Below, one piece after another: positions 29,695-37,678 of a stretch of 59,718 bases of DNA. Position 1 is the stretch's first letter; each line of letters opens with the position of its first letter. The notes below the pieces were generated by a model, which was not told the origin of the DNA, did not search any database, and saw only the letters and a program-made list of their open reading frames with translations. Location: assembly GCA_040222015.1 (NCBI GenBank), contig JAVJWO010000095.1, positions 1 through 59,718 on the forward strand, read 5' to 3'. The translations under genes were made by a program, and so were the position numbers. The stretch comes from Coleofasciculus chthonoplastes F2-STO-03 (GTDB lineage: Bacteria; Cyanobacteriota; Cyanobacteriia; Cyanobacteriales; Coleofasciculaceae).

Positions 29695-29795
29695 ATGACA
29701 GGGGTTTCCATTCGTCCCCTTACCCACCCCAATTTTCGATGAGATAGTCGGGTGATTCGGAATTAGGCGATGCTCAAAGGTTGAGGATAACGCTC

Positions 29796-30950
29796 ATGGA
29801 TAATAAGTTGATGCTGATGATTCCCGGACCAACACCGGTGCCTGAACAGGTTTTGCTGGCGTTAGCTAAGCATCCGATCGGACATCGCAGCGGGGAATTT
29901 AGCGCCGTTATGGCAGAGGTAACCCAAAACCTAAAATGGTTGCACCAGACTCAAAATGATGTTTTGGTGTTAACGGTGAGTGGTACGGGTGCTATGGAAG
30001 CCGGGATTATTAATTTTTTGAGTCCCGGTGATCACGTTTTGGTGGGAAGTAACGGTAAATTTGGCGATCGCTGGGCGAAGATGAGCGCGGCGTTTGGTTT
30101 AGAGGTGGAGACGATTACAGCCGAGTGGGGTCAACCCCTTGATCCGGAAGCGTTTCGCCAAAAGCTGGAGGCGGATACGGATAAGACAATCAAAGCCGTT
30201 ATCGTTACCCATTCAGAAACCTCCACGGGGGTACTCAATGACCTGGAAACGATTAACCGTTACGTCAAAGACCACGGTCAAGCTCTGATTATTGTAGATG
30301 CGGTAACCAGTTTGGGCGCCGTCAATTTACCGATTGATGAATGGGGACTTGATGTGGTGGCGTCTGGTTCTCAGAAAGGGTATATGATTCCCCCAGGGTT
30401 AGGGTTTGTTTGTGTGTCGGATAAAGCTTGGCAAGCCTACCAAACGGCTAAACTGCCTCGCTTTTATCTGGATTTGGGAGCCTATCGCAAAGCGGCACAA
30501 AAGAATAGTAATCCGTTTACGCCGCCAGTCAATTTAATGTTGGGACTGCAAACGGCGTTGCGAATGATGAAAGCTGAGGGGTTAGATAATATTTTTGCCC
30601 GTCATCAACGATTGATGCAGGCAACGCGGGCGGCGATTGAGGCGCTTTCCCTTCCCCTATTTGCTCCGGATAACGCCGCTAGTCCAGCGGTAACGGCGGT
30701 AGCCCCTGTGTCGATTGAAGCCGAAAAAATTCGTAGCGTGATGAAAAAACGTTTTGATATTGCTCTAGCTGGGGGACAAGATCACTTCAAAGGCAAAATA
30801 TTCCGTATGGGTCACTTAGGCTTTGTCTCTAGTCGCGATATTTTGGCGGCGATTGGGGCGCTAGAAGCCACGTTGCGGGAATTAGGTTATGAGTCCATGA
30901 CACCAGGAGCAGGAGTGTCAGCAGCCGCTCGCGTCTTGACTCAATCGTAG
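29796..30950 (+). CDS. Class V aminotransferase (alanine-glyoxylate/serine-pyruvate family)
   Basis: MIPGPTP, HSETSTG, DAVTS and SGSQKG motifs. Confidence 0.93.
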   Translation: MDNKLMLMIPGPTPVPEQVLLALAKHPIGHRSGEFSAVMAEVTQNLKWLHQTQNDVLVLTVSGTGAMEAGIINFLSPGDHVLVGSNGKFGDRWAKMSAAFGLEVETITAEWGQPLDPEAFRQKLEADTDKTIKAVIVTHSETSTGVLNDLETINRYVKDHGQALIIVDAVTSLGAVNLPIDEWGLDVVASGSQKGYMIPPGLGFVCVSDKAWQAYQTAKLPRFYLDLGAYRKAAQKNSNPFTPPVNLMLGLQTALRMMKAEGLDNIFARHQRLMQATRAAIEALSLPLFAPDNAASPAVTAVAPVSIEAEKIRSVMKKRFDIALAGGQDHFKGKIFRMGHLGFVSSRDILAAIGALEATLRELGYESMTPGAGVSAAARVLTQS

Positions 30951-30980
30951 GTTAAGCCATAAACGCAAAAATAAGACGCC

Positions 30981-31014
30981 AAAAAAGAGCGGGTCAACTA
31001 GCGACCCGCTCTTT
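30981..31014. terminator. Intrinsic terminator
   Basis: AAAGAGCGGGTC-loop-GACCCGCTCTTT. Confidence 0.8.
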
Positions 31015-31141
31015 CTGGTAGAGTAATCAACGGTCAATGGATCATACGGTATGAAATTCAACGGTTTAGACGTGAATGGATTATTCCCAAAGCGTAAGCA
31101 TTTAGACATTCTTCATTTTCTCCTGACCGATTGTTTAGATT

Positions 31142-31333
31142 TCAGACTGTTTCCAGCCAGTCATAGATTTGGTCTAATTGCTGCAATGTTACTAAACCGT
31201 ACTGCCACAGAATCATCGGTAATGGTCCTGGGTCTTGTTCCCGACGTCGTTGAGCGATCGCAATGGAATCAGTAGAAATTGCCAATTCCTCTTGCAAAAA
31301 TCGTAAAAATTCAGAATAGGTTGCAGGTGCCAT
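31142..31333 (-). CDS. DUF2949 family protein
   Basis: FLQEELAIS...PLPMILWQYGLVTLQQLDQIYDWLE; GGAGG RBS. Confidence 0.85.
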   Translation of the reverse strand: MAPATYSEFLRFLQEELAISTDSIAIAQRRREQDPGPLPMILWQYGLVTLQQLDQIYDWLETV

Positions 31334-31787
31334 AATGGCTATTCACCTCCTTATCGGCTACTATTTTGGAATCAGCGTCCTGCCTCCTTTAGCAATGGGT
31401 AGACAGATTTAATACTGTCTACTAGCTGAAGGTTCTTTGCTTATTGTGATAGGTTAATCCGGCACTGCTTGTGTCCTAGATCACTGACCATCTAAGATCT
31501 TGATTTATTGAGTTGAAAACTCACTGGATGTGCTGACCAGGTATCGTTTTAACCTTCACCCCCCATCAACTTGAGGGTAATTTTAGTTAACTCACTTCAC
31601 ACCACTAAAAGCTAGTTGCAGACTACACCCCTACTTGGTCGTGTTGATGGGTAGCCACAGCTCAGACAGGTCACTACCTCGTCGTCAGATAGTCTTTTAT
31701 GAGAATCTATCTTACGAAATGTTAACGTAATTTCGGATAAAAATCTTTACATCGTGGATTTAATTTTTAAATGATGTTAATCAAAAT

Positions 31788-32354
31788 TTAAGATTCTGAC
31801 GCGGGATTAATCTCTTCCTCTAGGAGGATGATTTTTACGCGATCGCCTACCTGTAGTCCCAGTTGAGCCGCTCGTCCCCCAGCGAGTTCAATCACTTGGT
31901 CAACCAAAACCCCTGGACCGTAGGTAGGACAGGGAGTCGTGATGCAGGGGGGAACATTTTCCGCGATCGCTTTGACTTCACCCTCTCGTAAAAAGATCAT
32001 ATCCAGGGGGATTTTCACATTCTTCATCCAAAAGCTAGCCGCTCGCGGTGGGTTCAAGGGAAACAACATCCCTCGGTTTGGTGCTAAAGCCGTGCGATAC
32101 ATCAATCCGAGCTGCTGTTGTCGAGGTGTCCTAGCCACTTCGAGTAAAATCTGCTGATCACCGATCTGGGCTTGAGCGCTAATAGGTAACATCTGACCAG
32201 AATTAGGGGATGACGAGGAGAGAGATGGCGGTTCTGGAAGCTGTTCACCGGACTTTAATAGTGTTCCATCGGCGACAGGGTTTGATCCAGAAGCCGAACA
32301 TCCAAGCAGTATCAGACTTAGGGTGATTCCGAGTAGGCGAATAGGATAGTTCAT
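31788..32354 (-). CDS. DUF192 family lipoprotein
   Basis: LLGC lipobox; GLMYR, GMLF, FWMKN and PLDMIF motifs; start trimmed to MNYPIR. Confidence 0.88.
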   Translation of the reverse strand: MNYPIRLLGITLSLILLGCSASGSNPVADGTLLKSGEQLPEPPSLSSSSPNSGQMLPISAQAQIGDQQILLEVARTPRQQQLGLMYRTALAPNRGMLFPLNPPRAASFWMKNVKIPLDMIFLREGEVKAIAENVPPCITTPCPTYGPGVLVDQVIELAGGRAAQLGLQVGDRVKIILLEEEINPASES

Positions 32355-32478
32355 CGGTTTAGGTGAGGGAGATAGGGTTGTAGAGACGTGCCATGGCACG
32401 TCTGGGAGCAGGGGGAGACAGGGACATAAGACATAAGACAATCAAAACCGCTAACTTTAATGTTTTCCACCCACTTAA

Positions 32479-33189
32479 CTAAGATTCTCGCAAAACGTAA
32501 CCGACACCCCGGACGGTTTGAATCAAGCGCTTGTCACCCTCATCTTCAATTTTCAGGCGGAGATACCGGATATACACCTCAATCACATTTGACTCGCCCA
32601 GAAAATCGTATCCCCACACATTTTCCAGGATTTGCTCGCGAGTTAAAACTTCACGGGGATGAGTCATCAAATACTTCAGCAGTTCAAACTCTTTCATCGT
32701 CAAATCAATCACTCGTCCTCCCCGCATAGCGCGGCGCGTCGTCAAATCTAACGCCAAATCCCCAAATCGGAGTTGTTCACTCGTATTGGTATCCGGTTCT
32801 AGATACAGACGTACAATCTGCAAAAAGGCATCAGCGCGATAGGGTTTAAGGAAAAAATCATCAGCACCCGCTTCTAAACAGGCGACTCGATCCTCGATAG
32901 TGTCGCGAGTGATCAGTAAGAGTAGGGGGACACGAGAACCGGCTTTTCTCAGGCGAGTACATAAACTCAAACCTGATTCGCCAGAACCAGAAAGCGATTG
33001 ATCCACAACCATCATCGCGGGTTGGAGTTCACAAGCTTGATGCCAGCCACTGGGCGCATCTGTCGCGATAACCGTATGATAGCCAGCTTCTATTAGATCT
33101 AGGCTCATGCGTTGAGCTAGACTTTCATCGGTTTCTACAAGCAAAACACAGGGATTACCGTCAAGGGGAGCAGATTGCATAGATGGCAC
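32479..33189 (-). CDS. nblR: OmpR-family response regulator NblR
   Basis: Atypical REC domain (VETDE, FFLKPYR) with winged helix; similarity and DUF192/DUF2949 synteny as recalled. Confidence 0.78.
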   Translation of the reverse strand: MPSMQSAPLDGNPCVLLVETDESLAQRMSLDLIEAGYHTVIATDAPSGWHQACELQPAMMVVDQSLSGSGESGLSLCTRLRKAGSRVPLLLLITRDTIEDRVACLEAGADDFFLKPYRADAFLQIVRLYLEPDTNTSEQLRFGDLALDLTTRRAMRGGRVIDLTMKEFELLKYLMTHPREVLTREQILENVWGYDFLGESNVIEVYIRYLRLKIEDEGDKRLIQTVRGVGYVLRES

Positions 33190-33335
33190 TGGTGGTGAGT
33201 CGTTGGATGTAACACCGGAATTTCCTCTATTGTTCTAGCATGACTAGGCAGTATCATTCCGCCTAGAGTGACAGAAATAACTCACCCGTTCACATCTACC
33301 TTGTTCAACTTTCTGCCAAGGTGTACTAGCAGCCA

Positions 33336-33594
33336 TCACTCTGCTGCTAATTTCAGAACATCGTCAATAATCTTGTCAGTTAACCACATTCCCTGAGTCC
33401 GAAGCCTGATGATAATGGGTGCAATTAATGGTAAATATCGTGAGATTCCGGCTAATTGAGCGGCGCGTCCTGATGAGAGTTTTCCCAGTTCAAAGAATTT
33501 GACGGCGGCTAATAGCTGGAGTTCTTTAGGTTTCGGGTGTTTCTTTGAGACTGATTAATATTTCTTCGGGAATATCGAGTTGAATTATACTCAT
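33336..33594 (-). pseudogene. Fused relic of a UPF0175 antitoxin-like gene and a DUF3368 (PIN-associated) gene
   Basis: MSIIQLDIPEEILISLKETPET, a frameshift, KELQLLAAVKFFELGKLSSGRAAQLAGISR, then YLPLIAPIIIRLRTQGMWLTDKIIDDVLKLAAE*. Confidence 0.75.
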
Positions 33595-33822
33595 GGTTGA
33601 TATCGCCGTGAGGGATAGTATGGTCGTAGTTATTCCTAGGGTAGCTGATGGAGCATGAAGCATAGCGATCGCTACAATCATAAGTGGATTGGGTCAGACG
33701 CGCGATTCCCTTCGGGATAGCTGCGCTTACCGCGTCCGAGTTGCAGTATGAGTGGAAGCCATCTACAATAATTAAGCGATCCCACTTAGGAGCGATAACT
33801 GACTGCGATTAACCTCAATCCT

Positions 33823-35193
33823 ATGAAATCTTTAGACCATGGCGAACAAATAGAATTATTTCAATCTTTCAAACCGATTAATCTTATATTTTTTCAGCCT
33901 AAATTTACTTTTGTAGACTTATTCGCCGGCATTGGTGGATTTAGGATTCCTCTAGAAGAGTTGGGTGGAAAATGTTTAGGTTACTCAGAGATAGATAAAG
34001 AAGCCATTAACGTCTACAAGAAAAATTTTATTGGTTATATAAATACCGATGAACTCTATCTAGGAGACATAACAACGCTGCATAAGTTACCGTTTGAGGT
34101 CGATATTTTGGTTGGTGGCGTCCCTTGCCAACCTTGGTCTATTGCCGGTAAATTACAAGGGTTAGATGATCCGAGAGGTAAGCTGTGGATTGATGTGTTT
34201 AGAGTTGTTCAGGCGAACCAACCCAAAGGATTTATTCTGGAGAATGTTAAAGGGTTAACAGAACCCAGAAATAAACCCAGCTTGAACTACATTATTCAGA
34301 GTTTAACCCAATGTGGTTATCAGGTTGATTTTGAAGTGCTTAACTCCTACGATTTTGGTTTGCCTCAAGATAGAGATCGAGTATTTATCGTCGGCATCAG
34401 AAATGATATAGAAAAGAGTAAAAGCTTTGAATTTCCTAAGCCTTTAGGTAAGTCGCTCAAGCTCTATGATGTCATTGATGGTATTGAACGTTGTCAGTTT
34501 ACTAAAAAAAAGTTTCCTCCAGAGATTTTATTTGATGGAAAAATACCAGCCTCCAGAGGTAGATTTCAAAAAATAGATGAACTCAATGATTTTTTTGTTT
34601 TCGCGGATATCAGAGATGGACATACAACGATCCATTCTTGGGAATTAATAAAAACAACGACTAGAGAAAAATTAATCTGTAAAACGATTTTAAAAAATAG
34701 ACGAAAGAAAATCTATGGTCTAAAGGATGGTAATCCCTTAAGCTTTGCGATATTAAGCCAGCTTGTTCCCGAACTGAAAATTGAGGAACTTGAAAACTTA
34801 GTTTCTAAAAAAATTATTCGTTATATTGATGAGAAAGGATATGAATTTGTCAATTCAAAAATATCTTCAGGCATTAACGGTGTTTCTAAAATATTCTTAC
34901 CTCATGCCGATGTAATCGCTACGTTAACGGCGACCGGAACAAGAGACTTTGTGGCAACCAAATCCCTGAAATGTCAAGAGCCTGAAGTTTATAAACAAAC
35001 ATTCATCAAAGAAATTTATAGAAAGAGAAAATTTAAGCGACTTACCGCGCAAGACTACGCCAGATTGCAAGGGTTTCCAGAGTGGTTTAAACTGGCGGAT
35101 AATCAAGCAACGGCTAAGTATCAACTGGGGAATGCTGTTTCAGTTCCTGTTGTCTATCATTTGGCGAAAGCTTTACTCAATGTTATTTTGTAG
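33823..35193 (+). CDS. C5-cytosine DNA methyltransferase, M.HgiEI/HgiBI-like (probably GGWCC)
   Basis: DLFAGIGG, PCQPWS, ENV, QDRDR, RLQGF and GNAV motifs; variable region resembles M.HgiEI as recalled. Confidence 0.9.
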   Translation: MKSLDHGEQIELFQSFKPINLIFFQPKFTFVDLFAGIGGFRIPLEELGGKCLGYSEIDKEAINVYKKNFIGYINTDELYLGDITTLHKLPFEVDILVGGVPCQPWSIAGKLQGLDDPRGKLWIDVFRVVQANQPKGFILENVKGLTEPRNKPSLNYIIQSLTQCGYQVDFEVLNSYDFGLPQDRDRVFIVGIRNDIEKSKSFEFPKPLGKSLKLYDVIDGIERCQFTKKKFPPEILFDGKIPASRGRFQKIDELNDFFVFADIRDGHTTIHSWELIKTTTREKLICKTILKNRRKKIYGLKDGNPLSFAILSQLVPELKIEELENLVSKKIIRYIDEKGYEFVNSKISSGINGVSKIFLPHADVIATLTATGTRDFVATKSLKCQEPEVYKQTFIKEIYRKRKFKRLTAQDYARLQGFPEWFKLADNQATAKYQLGNAVSVPVVYHLAKALLNVIL

Positions 35194-35204
35194 AAGGAAT
35201 CTAA

Positions 35205-35360
35205 ATGGCGGTTATTAATAACATAACTCGTTCAAAAATTAAAGGCTATTTAGAAGGATTTATCCAAGGGTTAGTCAATGAATATAAAGGTCGAGAAATT
35301 GTCCAACCTGATAGCGCATCAGAACCCGGTTTCTTGACCGACGCCTCAGAGATAAACTAA
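35205..35360 (+). pseudogene. Truncated type II restriction endonuclease (R.HgiEI/TdeIII-like N-terminus)
   Basis: MAVINNITRSKIKGYLEGFIQGLVNEY with AAGGA RBS, 11 nt after the MTase stop; homology ends at an AGAACCCGGTTTCT repeat. Confidence 0.7.
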
Positions 35361-35433
35361 ATAAGGTTGTTAATTCATCGTTATAAAACTTATCTATCTA
35401 TGCTAAGATAAAAAACAAAATTAAGTAATTCTC

Positions 35434-36411
35434 ATGGTATCAACTGATAGCAACTTAGGAACTGAAGCCCGCGCCAATTCTCCCACCATCGGCATCATTG
35501 GTTGCGGCAATATTGGAGGAAAACAAGCCGCTAATTTTCTCGCCCATGGTTACTCGGTTTATGTCTACGATGTCAATCAAGATTCCATGGTACAGTTGCA
35601 ATCTCTAGGTGCCAAAATTACTCAGAGTTGTGCCGAACTTGCAACCCGTTCAGAGATCATCTTTACTGCCTTACCAACTCCTGATGATGTAATCACAGCC
35701 GTACTAGAGGGTGAACAAAACCTGAGCCAAGGATTGCAACCCGGCAGTGTCTACGTGGATATTACCACCAATTCTCCCGAAACAATTCTCAGAATTCATC
35801 ACGCCATGGAACAACTGGGAATTGAGATGTTAGATGCCCCCTTTAATGATTGCCCGGTAGGGGCTCAAAGTCAACAAGGCATGGGTTTAGCAATTCTGGT
35901 TGGTGGCTCACGGGAAACGTTTGAGCGAGTTGAACCTATCCTCCAATTAATGGCAGATCAGGTTATCTACTGTGGAGAAATTAGCACCGGAACTCGATGC
36001 AAACTGATCCACAATGCTGTAAATGCGATCGCGGTTCAAGCGGTGAGTGAAGGAATTACCTTGGGTTTAGCTTCGGGAATCGACCTACAAACGATTTGGG
36101 ATGTGCTACGTTTGGGATCGTTTGGTCAGAATCCTGGGGACATTCACGGCTTACCTCACTATTGGTTCTCACGACGCTGTGATGACTTATCTCAACACCC
36201 TGCCTTTACTGTAAAATTACTCCATAAAGATTTACGGCTGGCTCTGGCTCTGGCTAGTCAGCACGACGTTTGTGTTCCTCATTTAAGCTTAACCATCAAA
36301 GACTATGAAGAAGCTGAGCGACGCCAATGGTCTGACCATTCTACGACTAAAGTTTGCTGTCTGCAAGAAGAACGAGCGGGAGTAATTGCTCAAGGTTCTC
36401 CTCAGTTATGA
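35434..36411 (+). CDS. NAD(P)-dependent beta-hydroxyacid dehydrogenase family protein (candidate MAA tailoring enzyme)
   Basis: GCGNIG Rossmann motif; catalytic Lys in KLIHN; KDL motif; the usual DAPVSGG is replaced by DAPFNDC. Confidence 0.85.
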   Translation: MVSTDSNLGTEARANSPTIGIIGCGNIGGKQAANFLAHGYSVYVYDVNQDSMVQLQSLGAKITQSCAELATRSEIIFTALPTPDDVITAVLEGEQNLSQGLQPGSVYVDITTNSPETILRIHHAMEQLGIEMLDAPFNDCPVGAQSQQGMGLAILVGGSRETFERVEPILQLMADQVIYCGEISTGTRCKLIHNAVNAIAVQAVSEGITLGLASGIDLQTIWDVLRLGSFGQNPGDIHGLPHYWFSRRCDDLSQHPAFTVKLLHKDLRLALALASQHDVCVPHLSLTIKDYEEAERRQWSDHSTTKVCCLQEERAGVIAQGSPQL

Positions 36412-36534
36412 CTGTTCCCATCAAAAAATCAGCCTGAATTATAACCGAATTATTTCTGTCGGTGTACAGTTTCGGGAAATATTGGTATGATTGCGACTGG
36501 GTACTGAAAAGAGGAAAAATTTTGGAGCTTAATT

Positions 36535-37569
36535 ATGCTAGGAACGGCGTCTGAATCTAAGAAAAAAATTTACCAAATTATATATGGTTACTGGCAAAGT
36601 CAGTGCCTTTATGTAGCCACAAATTTAGGCATCCCCAACTTGTTGCAATCGGGAGCTAAAACTGTTGAGATAATAGCAGAAGAAACAGGAACAAAAGCAG
36701 AAAAGCTTTATGTTGTGCTGCGTGCTTTAGCTCATTTAGGCGTGTTTGCCGAAAAACCGGGGCGCGTTTTTGCCCCGACAGAGTTATCGAAACTTCTGAT
36801 CACTGATGATTCTCCCTCTGTGGGTCATTTTTTAATGCACATTACAGAACCCAATATGTGGGATGCTTGGCGGGAATTAGAAAACAGCTTAAAGACAGGA
36901 AAAGTGCCTTTTGAATTGGCTAAAGGTCAGGATTTTTACAGTTCCTATATGACCGAGAATCCAGACAGCAAACGCCTGTTTAACAATGCCATGAGTTTTT
37001 TAACAAATGAAGCCGTGGAACCCTTGTTTGAAGCTTATGATTTTGGTCGGTTTAAAACCGTGATGGATCTAGGCGGAAATCAAGGGACTTTAATTGCAAA
37101 TATTGTCAAAAAGTTCGGCTGTAAAGGTATTTTATTTGACTTGCCCCATGAAGTAGAAACTGCTCCTAATAATCTTTTAAAATATGGAGTCAGCGATGCC
37201 GTACAAGTTATGGGTGGGAGTGCTTTAGAATCATTGCCAAAAGGTGCCGATGCGATCGTAATGAAGTATTTTCTATCGGTGTTTAGTAAGGAAGATTCAA
37301 TTAAGGTCCTGACTAACTGTCGGGAAGCTCTCCCAGCAGATGGTAAAGTAATACTTCTACAAACTCTAGTTCCCTCTCTCGGCGCACCAGTAGAATATCC
37401 AGATGGAACGATACCCGGTTTGGCAGCCGTTCAGATGATGATTACAAATCCAGGAGGTTACTGGCGCACGGAACAAGAATATAAGGACTTGTTTAAAGCG
37501 AGTGGTTTTCAACTAGAACAAGTCGTTTATACGGGTACAAGTCTCACAGTTATGGAGTTTAGCCTATAA
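36535..37569 (+). CDS. SAM-dependent methyltransferase (Methyltransf_2 with dimerization domain), MysF-like candidate
   Basis: DLGGNQG, FDLP and R-T-x-x-E-Y motifs. Confidence 0.85.
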   Translation: MLGTASESKKKIYQIIYGYWQSQCLYVATNLGIPNLLQSGAKTVEIIAEETGTKAEKLYVVLRALAHLGVFAEKPGRVFAPTELSKLLITDDSPSVGHFLMHITEPNMWDAWRELENSLKTGKVPFELAKGQDFYSSYMTENPDSKRLFNNAMSFLTNEAVEPLFEAYDFGRFKTVMDLGGNQGTLIANIVKKFGCKGILFDLPHEVETAPNNLLKYGVSDAVQVMGGSALESLPKGADAIVMKYFLSVFSKEDSIKVLTNCREALPADGKVILLQTLVPSLGAPVEYPDGTIPGLAAVQMMITNPGGYWRTEQEYKDLFKASGFQLEQVVYTGTSLTVMEFSL

Positions 37570-37678
37570 TAAAATAGTGGTATAATCGTACCTCAACCCA
37601 ACCTACTTGCTGGACATTGATGAGTGATAGAGATACCGTAGGGTGGGCATTGCCCACCAGCATACCAGTCAGTGACAT

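Larger units (their letters stand above)
28576..29738 (+). mobile_element. Non-autonomous IS200/IS605 IscB element
   Basis: 5' end GTCAGGAACCCC...GGGGCTTG; 3' hairpin CTCCCC...GGGGTTTCC, then CCCAATTTTCG followed by ATGA. Confidence 0.85.

Noticed and set aside
30918..31275. ORFs 30918-31109 and 31051-31275
   Set aside because: They overlap a terminator or run antisense to DUF2949, with no supporting features.
35434..36411. Imine reductase assignment
   Set aside because: Retains the beta-HAD catalytic Lys rather than the Asp/Tyr typical of IREDs.
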